DNA of 64,000 nucleotides from Octopus vulgaris (lineage: Eukaryota): contig OX597816.1 of the NCBI GenBank assembly GCA_951406725.2, positions 156,984,001-157,048,000 on the forward strand, written 5' to 3'. The notes beneath the pieces are model-generated. The model was given only the letters and a program-made list of their open reading frames with translations, was not told where the DNA came from and ran no database searches. The translations under genes and the position numbers were made by a program. Below are positions 42,704 to 56,619 of the stretch, piece by piece (the stretch's first letter is position 1; each line of letters opens with the position of its first letter).

Positions 42704-42720
42704 TATTATTATTATTATTA

Positions 42721-42797
<77 letters not shown>

Positions 42798-42868
42798 GGA
42801 ACCTATAATAAAGCCAAACAAGAGAACGGCGGACAGATAAATATAAATACTATAAAAGTTTAGAGGTC

Positions 42869-42927
<59 letters not shown>

Positions 42928-43432
42928 CACACTACTATGCTCAACTTGTACTTAGTTTATCAACCCCGAAATTATGATAAGCATATTTGTCCTCAGCGAA
43001 ATCTGAGCTCACGGCATAAAGAACCAGAAGAAATGCGGCTAACCCTTTTGTCGACGTGCTAACTATTATATTACTCAAGTTTTCTCTCGTGTAGCTATAT
43101 TTTGTAACTCCTTACCACTGGGTTAGACTTGCGGTCATTCACATCTTAGTTCTGTTCAGTTAAGTTTGCTAGTGCGTCTACAGCATTATTTCTAAAGTTA
43201 TTTCTTTTATTGCTTTGTATTTTACATTGTAAGTCTATATTTAATGCAAGTCTCTTATCTTAGTTTCTTTATCCAGAATAATATTAGTGTTTTTATTATA
43301 TTCCGTCTCTTCAAGATTTGTTGACACTTTTCTAAGCCAAATCTCTTATCGTTTTCGTTTGGAAATTGATTTTTTGGTCTAGAGTAGCATTTCTCATGAT
43401 TTATTATATGCAGCATACAACTTAAGGTGTGA

Positions 43433-43495
<63 letters not shown>

Positions 43496-43505
43496 TATAT
43501 ATTAT

Positions 43506-43878
43506 ATTCTACTCTATGAACAAGACCCGAAATTTTAGAGGAGGGAACCAGGCGATTAGATCGACTCCAGTACGCAACTGGTAGTTAATTTATCGACTCC
43601 GAAAGAATGAAAAGTAAAGTCGACATCGGCGGAATTTGAATTCAGAACGCAGCGGCAGATGAAATACCTATTTCTTTACTACCTACAAGGGGCTAAACAC
43701 AGAGAAGACAAGCAAAGACAGACAAATGGATTAAGTCGATTATATCGACCCCAGTGCGTAACTGGTATTTATTTAATCGACCCCGAAAAGATGAAAGGCA
43801 AAGTCGACCTCGGCGGAATTTGAACTCACAACGTAGCGGCAGACCAAATACCGCTAAGCATTTTGCCCGGCGCGCTAA
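43506..43878 (-). mobile_element. SINE family B dimer (head-body-tail1-body-tail2)
   Basis: Internal junction gaaatacc|tatttcttta near 43668. Confidence 0.87.
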
Positions 43879-44451
43879 TATATATATGTGTGTGTGTGTG
43901 TGTGTGTATGTTTTGTACAAATAATTAACGTATTTATATAATTACGTAAATTGTTTGTACACTATTACTCATGGTAACCACTAATTTCCTTAGTTTCAAA
44001 GCCTTTCTGTTACGTAGTTTTAATTTATTATTATTATTTGCTACCTAATGTAACTGTGCATGCGGGCTGGATTTGAAATTATAATGCATAAGTATGTAGC
44101 CCGTGTATTTTCGGTGTTATTTGCTGCATAAATATTCATTAAATTTTGCGCCCTCACTGAAAAAGCATGGATGGCAAATTAATTTATTTTGCACAAGGAT
44201 ACAGAAACTCGAGTCTGAGTGTAACTACAAAAATATTTTTTAAATTTTCATTCCCTTTGAAATTGCTCTTATTCCTGGTTTGAGCTTTAACTGTCCCTTC
44301 TAGCATATAAGGTGTCCTATTAAAAGTCACCTCTTTCATGTATAAATACGTAAATTGTTTGTACACTACCATATATGAAAATATGTTGTTTACTGACTTT
44401 ATTACGCATGCTATCCAACGGTATGAAAATTTTTGTAAATATTCTACCCTT

Positions 44452-44481
<30 letters not shown>

Positions 44482-44486
<5 letters not shown>

Positions 44487-45378
44487 TGCAACAAAATTTT
44501 ATATCTTGGACATAGAGTCACCCAAGGTTTCGCATCCACAAAGCTATGTGGATAGCTCATCAGGCTCTATATATAGAGAAATATGTCTTAACAAAAAAAT
44601 GTTAATGAGGATGTGCTATCTCCTCTGAACCAGAGGGGAAACAACTCATATAAACCTGAAGTCGCCTAACTAACAAACTGGGAGATCCAATTATCCAGTA
44701 ACTGGCGCTTGAAGTGGAGACATTTAGAAAATATTTCGTTCCTACTATTTAATGCGCCAGGCTTCGTATAGTCCTTATGAATCTTGGCTCTCTCCGCGAT
44801 GCAGATCTTGCAACGGCCACTTCCATTAATATATGGGTCTGGATGATCAATTAATTTCCACCTGAGGTCACACGGGGTCCCTTGGTCTTTGAGGTACCAT
44901 ACACGGCGGGCACGTGACAACCATCTTTCTAGGACTCTGAAGGATGACTGGCGGTTAAGAAAACGTCGCTTGAAGGAAGTACTTGCAGATCCAATATATT
45001 TACAAATATGGTACGTGGCCCTAATCGCACTCCTGGTAACATATGGTGTAGGGCCGGTCATGCCATTAGTGTTGAAGGTAAGTATTTGGTCATTATCCGC
45101 GGTGGTGGTACTAGGAACAGCGGATACCTCCTCTATGTCGCTAGTCCTGGATTAGTTATCATTTCTAGACTATACGAAACCTGGCGCGTTAAATAGTCGG
45201 AAAGAAATGTTTTCTAAACTTGTCCACTTCAAGTGCTAGCTACTGGAAAATTGGATCTCCCCGTCTGCTAGTTAGGCCTCTTCGGATCTATAAAAGTTGT
45301 TTTTCCCTCTTGTTCAGGGGAAATATCCTGTCCTCATTAACGTTTTTTCTTAAGTTTATATTTCCAGTATATATATAT
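44482..45378 (-). mobile_element. 5'-truncated Naiad-type Penelope-like element (GIY-YIG) with inverted partial pLTR
   Basis: YIG...SFKRRFLN..SSFR...VW.LK...RW.LI....PY...GRCKICIAE...LNSRNEIFSKCLH; 45168-45370(+) is an inverted diverged copy of 44570-44773(-). Confidence 0.85.
44512..44570 (-). ncRNA. Degenerate type I hammerhead motif at the Naiad 3' end
   Basis: atagagc-CTGATGA-gc t atccaca/tgtggat gc-GAA-Acc ttg ggT-G-actctat; G at position 17 suggests it is inactive. Confidence 0.65.
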
Positions 45379-45379
45379 C

Positions 45380-46560
45380 TCTTGTTGTAACCGTGAGAAA
45401 TTTTCCTGATGCTCTGTTCCTCGAATTGACTAATCTTTTCTGCTCTAAATTCCTCCAGTACTTTTCTTGCTCACCCACTCTTTGTTTATATCATATTTTT
45501 ACCATGTTCTCGATAAATATTCTGGCTGGAATGAAGCTTTTCGCTTCCTTGAAAGAACCATTGTCGTTTTGCATTTCTGTAGATTCCTAGTTATTTAGCA
45601 AAGATTTTTTATTCCATGCATTTCATGATTTCGCACGAATTAGTTTTACATCATTTTATTTTATTTATTTATCTATTTTTGATGAACATAGTAAAACTTG
45701 TTTCCCTTGTACTTGTGTCTCCTTTTCCTCGGTTGCTTCATTTTGTTATCGATTTCCTTAAAGCTAGAGATAGTATCCACTTCTTTTTATATTTTTATAT
45801 AATATGTACGTCTCTTTCCTATATTTTGGTTTGGTTTTTGATATTTCCTATGTAAGGAGATCTGAAAAAATACATACTTTAGTAAATAAAGTGGTTTCTG
45901 CATATCTTCAGCCATTTATTGATGTTTGTATTTATGTTTGTATTTATTATAAATAAGTCTGTGGTGACCGGGACTGTACTTTACTTTCGTATTATTGTTG
46001 CTATTCTATCACTGAACGTTATTCTTGGAAAGTGAGTTAAGAACAATTTTTTATTGCTTTTTGATTCTTTAAAATCCTTTTATTGTCACGGTCATTGCTT
46101 CCTTTTATGATCTTTTTCTTCGTATCTTGTATTCTCGCAATTTATTTTATTTATTTTATTTATATTTTTGTTTCTGTTGCCCTCATTTGGATTTTATCAT
46201 TGTGCATTCAGCAGATGTACCACATTTGGGATTTGTCGTGTTTCTTTGTATTTACTGTAATTTATTTTGGACATGCTAGGCTTCCATTCTCAATGATTTT
46301 AATGTAACTCGTTTTGTTTTCCTTAGGCTTTCCTACAGCATTGTTTCTTTACATAGTCTATTTCAATTTCTAAAACTTTTATTTCCATTTTATTCATTTT
46401 TCGTTTGAGCAATCTTCTTAAGTAGTTATTCCTTCCTAGCCATTTACTTAACTTATTTAGTATGTATTTTAACGGTATATTAATGCCCTGGACATTTCCC
46501 CCTCCAAATTTTATACGAATATATGTTAGTTCTCTTTTGCGTGGAGTCGTGTGTCGCTCC
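45380..46560 (-). mobile_element. Possible decayed Naiad-like RT N-terminal region
   Basis: A-rich minus strand with weak motifs (e.g. EVDTISSFKEIDNK); many stops. Confidence 0.3.
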
Positions 46561-47156
46561 AAATATATTCATGAGTATAGAAAAATGCTCTCCTCGTGTC
46601 TAATTATGCATTCTCTTTTTGTTTACGTGACTTGAGAACTCAGGCTAGTCCTTTATTTAGATTGTCATAATTTTCGTACGGTACATGTTGTTCCCGTTTT
46701 CTTTTGAGTTTTTGTTTTTAGATTCATACGCACGTTCAGTTTGTACATTTTATGACATATTCTCACAGTACGCATTTCAATATCTTAAATGATATGCCTT
46801 TCATATGAATTATTTATTAGTTGTGTTTCTGAAAATGACAAAGGTAGATAGATTATTTAGAGATATAACGTTTTCCGATTGTTTGCTTACAAGTGGGATA
46901 AGACTGAGGATTAGGTATGGCTGTGTTGTTAAGAAGCTTGATGGCAGACATATAGTTTCCTGTAGAGATCGGTACCATAATACAAGACACTTGCCTAATT
47001 TGTCCACAGTGAGACTGAACGCTCAGAAGTGTGGTTTCGGGTCCAGTTTCCTTGTGGACATGTCAGTCAAATGTCTTTTTCTAAGTGCCGACGCAAAACA
47101 ATGCCATGTGGGTGAATTTGGAAAACATGAACTGCATGGGTCCCCCCAAATATATG

Positions 47157-47231
<75 letters not shown>

Positions 47232-47259
47232 ATACAACCAGCTGCCATGCTTGATCGTT

Positions 47260-47470
47260 AAATCCACATTTTTTTTAATTCTCTCTGTTTATTTTCTCTT
47301 ATTCCTTTCTGTTGAAGTGTGTAGACTCTTAGCTACTACACACATTTTTTTCTCTCCTTGTTTTTTCTGTGTATCTTTCTGTAGAAGAGCGTAGGCTCGA
47401 AACGTAAAAAACATTTTCTATTCCTGAGCGTTATACTAATACATTTGTTTGTTTGTACGCCACCCCTTTA
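47260..47470 (+). mobile_element. Solo pseudo-LTR of Neptune-type element with partial duplication
   Basis: Reverse-complement match to 5590-5740; followed by (TA)n. Confidence 0.8.
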
Positions 47471-48299
47471 TATATATATTGTTGATACCGGATTTCTCTA
47501 TGTAAAATTCCCAATGTTGGTTCCTTCAGTCGTTGCATTTTATGGTAATCGTATTTCAACGCCCATCTGAAGCTATAGTTTATTTCTCGGCTTCTTAAAG
47601 TGTAAAGTAAGTACTGATAATAAGAAGAATGAAGTTTTTGCACATTCAAAATATATTATACTTATATTCCAGTTAGCTTTCTCGTGCGAACGTGTTTCGA
47701 TCATACTAATTTCATAGTATTAGTACGATCTCCTCTAAGTTTATGAATATGACATTGCCTAAAGAGGAAATTTTCTCTTTAATCAATGTCATATTAATAT
47801 ACCCTGAAGAGATCGTACTAATAATGTATAAATCGCTGCATATAAATATGTAACACTGTGAAATTAGCACGATCGAAACATTCGTTGCACTATTATTATG
47901 TGAAAGATAACTAGAAATAAATATAAAGTTTGAATTTCCAAATACTTCATTTTTGCCTATTATTACTAGTGTATTTGTGTGTGTGTGTAGATTTAACTCA
48001 CTATATGGGGACTCAACTAACCCGGTGGTGCTCATACAAAAATGTCCTTAATGAACTATACTACAAAACATATAGAATACTTAGGACGATACAGGGGAAA
48101 CCATAAGTTTATAAATATATATATATCATTATTGATTTAAAAGATTGCTTATATCTATACAGAAATATATTGGTACTTTATATATTATAAAATGCAATAA
48201 AATGAATTATCTTTACATGCTTTATGTTACAACTCTGTTGCTGTGATTTTCCAAACGTTAAATAAATTTCACCATACTATTTCTCTTTCTCTCTCTGTC

Positions 48300-48364
<65 letters not shown>

Positions 48365-48375
48365 GTTTATATCTT

Positions 48376-48531
48376 TAAGAAGCTTGCTTCCTAACCACAT
48401 GGGTTCGGGTTCAGTCCCACTGCGTGGCACCTTGGGCAAGTGTCTTCAACTATAGCCTCGGGCCGACCAAAAATTTGTGAGTGAATTTGGTAGACGGAAA
48501 CTGAAAGAAGCCCCGTGTGTGTATGTATGTA

Positions 48532-48584
<53 letters not shown>

Positions 48585-48705
48585 GTGTGTGTGTGTGTGT
48601 GTTGGTGTGTCTGTGTTTGTCCCTGCACCACCGTTTGACAACCGATGTTAGTATGTTTATGTCTCCGTAAGTTAGCGGTTCGACAAAATAGACCGATAGA
48701 ATAAG
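48376..48705 (+). mobile_element. SINE family A truncated at both ends
   Basis: B box and CORE-like segment; stops at gatagaataag where the LINE begins. Confidence 0.85.
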
Positions 48706-50500
48706 GCTTTTGATAGTAATCCCCACATATGGATCCTAGAAACACTAGCCATGAACAAGGTAACAATCATAAAATATATAAAACATTCAATGAATAAATT
48801 GCAGACAGTGCTACAGCTCCAGACAAAAGATGGAGTCATAAAAACAAAGCCATCTCCCTTAGAAGAGGAATATTCCAGAAAGACACACTCTCTCCACTCC
48901 TTTTCTGCTTGGTACTGACATTTTTATCTGACATGCTAAACAGAATTGGATGCGGATACAACTATTCGGCAAAACAATCAGCCACTTTTCATATATAGAT
49001 GAGCTAAAACTGTACGCTACAATGATAAATAGCTGCAAACAATATTACACAAAATACATAGATTTACCAAAGAAATAAACATGAAATTTGGCTTAGGAAA
49101 TTGTGCCAAAGTAATCTTGAAATGGGGAAAAATAGTTAAGTGTAGCAACATCACACTAGATAAAGTAAATGAAATAAGAGTTTTAGACCAAAGCCAGGCA
49201 TATAAATACTTTGGAATCAATGATACAACACACACAAATGAAGATAACAAAAGAATACTATAGTCGAACTAGATTTATACTGAAAACAGAGCTAAATGAG
49301 AGAAATAAGATAATAGATATTAACACTCTAGCCGTCCCAGTTATAAGTTAGAGCTACAATATTCTTAACTGGATTCTAAATGAACTAATCAAATTAGACA
49401 GTAAAACAAGAAAAGTAATGAGAAGATTTAGGATGCACCACATCAGAAGCAAGGAAAACTAATACAAATAGCTACAAAACACAAACAAAACAAAAAAAAA
49501 CTGTTTTCATTTTTTAAGGAAGCTGATAAATACAAAATAGAAGTCATCGTACCTAACAACTATGACGAAAAAGAGGAAATGAAAAAAACTGTAAAACAGC
49601 TGAAATCCAAATTAACACTGGAACAGCAACGGTTCATGATAAAATAAAGGCAAGAAAAGTCCCTTCATGGCAAATACTGCCCTAAACTAAACAGAAGAGA
49701 TATAGAGAAAGCAAAATTCCAACAATGGCTAAGAAGATCAGGACTCAAAGCAGAGACTGGACGATCTTTAATTGCAGTACGATACCAAAGCCTCCTCACA
49801 AGAAATTACCAAAAACATGTAGTGAAAAGAAATACAACAACTAACTGCAGAATATATGGTGATGGAAAAGAAACAATAAATCACATAGCTTCTGGCTGTA
49901 CGTTACTGGCGAAGAAGTAATATATACCCTGGAAGTTGTACCAACACTATGGAATAACAACAGGAAAAAGAAGGTATATTCGCACACCAGTAAAGGTCAC
50001 AAAAAATGAGAAAGCTATCATACTCCGGGATATACCAATACACACAGATAGAGAAATTAAGGCCAATATGCCGGATATAGTTTTCAGAGATCACCAAGAA
50101 CAAAATGTTTTCTCATTGATGCAACAATACCGGTAGATGACAACGTTTCTCTAAAAAACAACGAAGAAATTCAAAATACAAAGACCTGTAAATAGAAGTA
50201 ACTCGAATGTGGAGTCTAAAAATAGAAATAATTCCTATCATAGTAGGCGCAATTGGTATGATAAAACATATTCAGAGAAATACATTGCAAAAACAACAGG
50301 ACGTACAAGTATATATAACGTACAAGAAATGTCACTATTACGCACCGCAGAAATCGTAAGTAAAACATTTTCAATACAGTAAACATGAGAGCATCACAAC
50401 AAACCACAGCACGTACCCAAGGCACAGAGATCTGCGCTCGGTAGAGCAGTGAAAGCACGCGATTTAAATAAGACTGCTACTTAATAATAATAATAATAAT
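48706..50500 (+). mobile_element. 5'-truncated R4/Dong-like non-LTR retrotransposon (RT, CCHC, restriction-like endonuclease), pseudogenised
   Basis: KAFDS.PH.WI, GIFQ.D.LSPLLFCL, YIDELKLY, MKFGL..CAK, YKYFG, GLKAET...IA..DQSL.TRNY, ETINHI.SGC..LA, IPIHTDREIKAN.PDIV, KYKDL, IIVGAIG; (TAA)n tail. Confidence 0.92.
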
Positions 50501-50540
50501 TATTATTATTATAGAAAAAAAAAATAATAATCTATGGAAA

Positions 50541-50635
50541 GCTATAGTAGAAGACACTTGCCCAAGATGTCACGCAGTGGGACTGAACTAGGGACCATGT
50601 GGTTGGGAAGTAAGCTTCTTACCACACAGCCATAC
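50541..50635 (-). mobile_element. SINE family A 5' fragment
   Basis: Reverse complement of the tRNA-like head and CORE-like segment. Confidence 0.82.
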
Positions 50636-51355
50636 AGATAGACATATACATAATCAGTGATATATAAATGTATATGTGCATATGTACATACATACATACA
50701 TATATGTGAGTGTACACATATATATATTCCCACATATACATTTTCATATATATCTATCTCTCTTTATATGTATGTATATATATATATATATATATATATG
50801 AGAATTCATCAATTATTATCGATCTGTTAACCCCGAGAGATTCCAGCATGAATTTCTGAATATCGTGATAGTAATCCACACAGCATATTACAGATATCAA
50901 AATATCGACCAAACATTAACAAGTTTATAATCTGATTTATAATCCCGATAATATTCCTTTTCTGTCTGACGGATAAATAGTAGATTTATATTGTATTCGA
51001 GCGCATACAATTTAATGAAAATTAGGATATCATAACCAAAAGCATGTCATGCAAAACCCCGTTATTACGGGTGATTAGAGTAAATTTCGAGTATTGTTGA
51101 TGAGATATTATATATCTGTTTGAAGATTAGTGATCAAAGAGAATATCAAAGTTCAATTAATATAAGCTGTTACATTGAATCACTACACAAGAAATATTAT
51201 ATAATCCATTGGTCATAAATATATTGCATAATGATTCATGCACAATGAGATATGCAAATACACACTGAAACGTACACGAACACGTACACATGCGTATATC
51301 ATATCTCTATATGCACATAAACGTATCTTCATATGAATTATATTTATATATGTGG

Positions 51356-51407
<52 letters not shown>

Positions 51408-51832
51408 CAGACCACGAAACATAGTTGAAATTTCTCCTATATATATATATATATAAATATATATATATGTGTGTGTGTATGTATGTATGTATGCATGTAT
51501 GTATGTATGCATGTATGTATGTATATATGTATATATATTATTATATATATACATATGTCTATCTATTTATCTGTCGATCTATCTTCCTCAAATTCTATCA
51601 ATTAATCTATGTATGTATGTATGTATGTATGTATGTATGTATGTATGTAGGCAGGCATGTGTGTGTGTGCATGTGTATGTGGGGGGGTGAGTCTTGTTTG
51701 TGGCTGTGTATTACATCTTAGCTGCCAGATATTTCAGATTTGTTCACAAGTTTTATGCATACAGAAACACATACACACACATATATATATGTAAGTATGT
51801 ATACATATATGAATATATATGTATACATATGA

Positions 51833-51866
<34 letters not shown>

Positions 51867-51894
51867 ATATATATATACATATATATATATATGT

Positions 51895-51949
<55 letters not shown>

Positions 51950-52003
51950 CATATATACATATGTGAGTTTGTGGATGGGTCACTCAACATATTTCGTAGT
52001 CGT

Positions 52004-52034
<31 letters not shown>

Positions 52035-52118
52035 TTTAATAACAGTTTGATCTGATACCATGCAACTTAAGGTTATCTAAGCCTGAAGTGCCAGGTTCGC
52101 ATAACACACACACACACA

Positions 52119-52157
<39 letters not shown>

Positions 52158-52647
52158 ACACGCACGCACACACATACACACATATATATTATATATATAT
52201 ATATATGTTTGTGTGTGTATGTATATATGGCTGGCTGGATGTATATGAGTGGATTTGTTGGTATTAGATTTATTGGAACATGACGTATATCTTCATGTAC
52301 CTTGAAATTTCCAGAATGTGAAAGAATTCATCCAGTCATAAGGCAAATCCTATGTACCTACAATCCCGTGCACGCACACGCCAAAAGATTTAATCATTTG
52401 ATAGAATCTTTGTTCAAAACAAAACAACCGAAACACACGGAACATATGTTGCAATGGCAAAGAACAAATATCTAAGCGTCTTAGTACCTATATCAGATGA
52501 CAATAGTTGTAGTTCTCATCAGTTTATGCAAGCTTTATCGATATAAAGACCGGATCAAAATATTTAATTACAAATACGATCATTTGATTCATCCAAACCA
52601 CAACCTACTTGTTTGAGTGTATGTATTCATATGTGCGCGTGTATAGA

Positions 52648-53538
52648 TTGGGTCATCCCGTAAATAATGCTATTTTTTCAATTGCATGAACTAAAAGTCA
52701 GATGGGGATAGATTAAACTACCCACATCAACTTGCTATAAATGCAGGTAGTAATTTTACCATGTTCTTATTCTTAGTGCATGTTTTGAAGAGAGCAGTTC
52801 TATTTTAACGGTTATTTTTTCAACGCTATAATGGAAGTGACAAACGGGCATGTTCGGCATATTTTGCTTTATGAGTTCAATAAAGGCAACAACGCAATGG
52901 AAAATGCGAGGAATATTAATGCAGTATATGTGGATCAGACAATAAACCTGAGCCAGTAAATCAGAGCTGGAAAATGCAGCCTAGATAGAAGCCGAGCCCC
53001 GCCTTGGAAGATATGTAGAGCGCGACGAGGACATGCTGCAAATCCAATCGTAACTGTTGAGAAACTAGCAGAGAAGCTGGGATTTGGTCATTCATCTATT
53101 CATCGACACCTGCACTAGAAAAAAAAAACGATCATCTTTCGCTGCAAGACGAAAAGGTGTTCTTCCATCAGAATAATGCTCGGCCACATACAGAGAGGAT
53201 GACATTCCAAATGCAGGAGCAGTTTGAAACGATGCCCCATCCCTCATATTCGGCGAACATTGCCCCATCTGATTATCATTTACTTCACACTCTTCAAAAT
53301 TATTTGGACGGAAACAATATGAATTCTATAGACGAGGTCAGAACAGTAATGGAGGAGTATTTTTCCTCAAGGACAAATGAATTTTAGAAGACAGGCCTTG
53401 CAAGTTAACCAAACAAGAGAAAGAGCATTGTAGAAAATGAAGGAGTGCATATTTTAGATTAAAAAAGATATTTGTCTTTTCTTAATTTTGAAAAATAATA
53501 GAAGTACAAAAAAAAACATTATTTATGGGATGACCCAA
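52648..53538 (+). mobile_element. Internally deleted mariner (DD34D-type) transposon
   Basis: TIRs ttgggtcatcccgtaaataatg / cattatttatgggatgacccaa; FHQNNARPH...PHPSYSANIAPSDYHL. Confidence 0.92.
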
Positions 53539-54149
53539 TTCATTGATGCAATACGTGCGTAAAAACTGTGAAAACGCGCACACTAAGAAACCTGTTTCTA
53601 TATAGCATTAATAATTTTAAACAAATCTTCATTTGCACTGTGTACAGATGTAGATCGATTGTTCATATATTTATCCATAATACGCTTGCGTAATTCAAAC
53701 GCAAAATATATTTCTCTTTTTTAAGATGACAATGTGTTTAACATGCTTGGCTAATTGGCGTACGTGATTCTGGGGCAACGGTGTTTCGATATGTGGTGTC
53801 TCGTCAGCCAGTGGCACCCGGACCTACGACTCTACATCAAACTGCAGGCTTTGTTTATACTTTCAGCGAACAATTTTTTTTTTCTGATCGATGCTTATAT
53901 CTACTAACCAATCCATATGGTGCAAGTAGTAACTTTCACCAATCTCACTGAATAACTAATATACTTTGCATCAGTCATTCAACGTGTGGAGCTGTATAAG
54001 GGGTGTCAACTGTTTCGGTATAGAGAACTGAAAGAAGAGCGCTAGCTCAGGAGTAAAAGAAGGGAGTCATCCCTCACTGTGCCGGTAGACTATTTAAATA
54101 ATGACATTCAGTTGTGTTGAATATATAGAGCGCTACTAGAAGCCTATAA

Positions 54150-54540
54150 GTCAACGAAGCCACCGTTACACCAGCAGAAACTAGGCAAAGAAGGAGTGTA
54201 CATACGGTACGACTCACACATCGAGTCCTTTAAACAACTAGATAAGAGAACAACAACGACCCTTGCGAAGAATGTTTGGGAACAAAATGAAAAGGGAATA
54301 CCGTTTAAAATCCAATATAAAATCCTGCTTAGGTCTAGGCCGTATATCAGAAGAACAAATAGATGCGCTCCTGATAATACACACATTAAAATTCAATAAT
54401 ATTGAACAATAAGAGTGAGATCTTCTGAGAATGCTTATACATCATATTTGTAGGAAGATATAGAGGAATGAACATCCAGAACACACTCAACCTATACATA
54501 CCCACTTAATCAGTTGTGTAAATTAAGTCTAACCCCTACA
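54150..54540 (+). mobile_element. Naiad-type GIY-YIG endonuclease remnant
   Basis: RYDSHIESFK...TTLAKNVWE..EKG...IQYKIL.RSRPY....RC...LNNKSEIF*EC. Confidence 0.72.
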
Positions 54541-54784
54541 CACACACACACACACACACACGCATGTAAATACACACCTCAGCTTATAACCATAAAATAT
54601 TTTAAATGATATTTAACAATAATGAGTGGCACATATATAAAACGCAGACACAAACTGCACATGCACGCAGAGGATTTTCCTCTGAATATAACAAGAGTTA
54701 TGCCGCCAAATACATTACCTACCTTTGTATCACGTAATCTCAAGTTAACAAATGCCATCTTACATAATTGTCGTTGAATATACG

Positions 54785-55014
54785 TTTCTTTATTACCCAC
54801 AAGAGGTTAAACATAGAGGGGACAAACAAGGACAGACAAACGGATTAAGACGATTACATCGACCCCAGTGCTTAACTGGTACTTAATTTATCGACCCCGA
54901 AAGGATGAAAGGCAAAGTCGACCTCGACGGAATTTGAACTCAGAACGTAGCGGCAGACGAAATACAGCTACGCATTTCGCCCGTCGTGCTAACGGTTCTG
55001 CCAGCTTGTCTGCC
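54785..55014 (-). mobile_element. tRNA-derived SINE family B, monomer (tail type 1)
   Basis: A box TGGCAGAACCGTTAG, B box GAGTTCAAATTCC, conserved central domain, tail ending gtaataaagaaa. Confidence 0.9.
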
Positions 55015-55285
55015 ATATAGTTAAACACTGCGCTGTTAGACGATATAGAGCACACTTCAGTTACTTATATCTTTCTCAGAAAATTGCAATTCTACATATA
55101 TATATAAGTCCTGCGATGGCTTAACTGGCCGAGAATACGAAGTCACAATATAAACAAGAATAAACGTGTACTCTACAACAAGAGAATAGAGTAACAACGC
55201 ACATTAATGTAAAATTATTTGTCTTATATCTAAACATAAGCAATATGAATAATTGCGCGAGCATATAAGTGCGCGTGTATATATA

Positions 55286-55392
55286 TCATCATCATCATCA
55301 TCATCGTTTAGCGTCCGCTTTCCATGCTAGCATGGGTTGGACGGGTCAACTGGGGTCTGTGAAGCTGGAAGGCTTCGTCAGGCCCAGTCAGA
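55286..55392 (-). mobile_element. 3' terminus of an RTE-like LINE or SINE with (GAT)n tail
   Basis: Minus strand: ccgtccaacccatgctagcatggaaagcggacgctaaac(gat)n hairpin plus tail. Confidence 0.7.
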
Positions 55393-55668
55393 TATACAAA
55401 TATGTTTTTGTGAGTGCGTGTGTACATATGTATATGTGAATATATATGTACGTATGCGTATGCATGTATGTTTATGAGCATATATATATATATATATAAC
55501 ATCTATCTGTTTAGCATACATATATATGCAACATTAGTAGTTTGACACACTGTAAGCAAAATATATGCGTATGTGAATTTGCAAGCACATGTTTGCGTAT
55601 GCATATCTGTACATATACAGATGTATATATATATTTATAAAATGCATGTATGAGTGTGTATGTATATT

Positions 55669-55745
<77 letters not shown>

Positions 55746-56049
55746 TCACACACACACATTTATACACATATACGTATATTTATTTATCACTGTATCAGTC
55801 TATCTACCTATCTCGCTCTCTCACCCTCTTGGTAATCTACTAAATGAAAAGCTCTCCTCCTTGCTTATTGAGTCAATATTTTCTCTGGTTTATGTGAAGG
55901 AACATTTTATCTTTTTCTGTTATTCCTACTCCATAAACTTTTAAGATTTTCGCTAAAATATAAGCTAATGTCTCAGGTGATAACTGACAGTGTTATTTAT
56001 TGCATTTAGTTGTGTATGCGTTACGTTTTATTCATTGATACATATATAC

Positions 56050-56156
<107 letters not shown>

Positions 56157-56383
56157 GATAATAAGTTTTTATAGATATATATTAATATTTCACTCTCAGG
56201 AGCTGTACACATACTTTATTTCAGACAGTTGCATATACGGAAAATATATGCTTACTAAAAGTTCACAATTTTAAAAAAAATATATTTATATAAAATTCAA
56301 ACTCATAAATCATTGCATCTCTCTATCCTTTTCTTTCTCTCTCTCTCCCTCCCCCTTACTGTCTCTCTCTCTGTCTCTCTCTG

Positions 56384-56514
<131 letters not shown>

Positions 56515-56619
56515 CACAGAAGTAAATAAACACCACATAAAATATCGTTTTATGCTTAATCTAACTTACAAATTTCTATATTTTTATTAACTGGCATTTT
56601 TACGTATATGACTGTTTAA

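Noticed and set aside
54420-54436. In-frame TGA in the Naiad endonuclease as selenocysteine
   Set aside because: It aligns to the Ser of EIFSKC, not to a Cys; the element is decayed and no SECIS was seen.
55107-55146. ctgcgatggc..gccgaga HHR-like remnant (similar weak cases near 6300-6350 and 50855-50910)
   Set aside because: Multiple core mismatches; cannot be supported from single copies.
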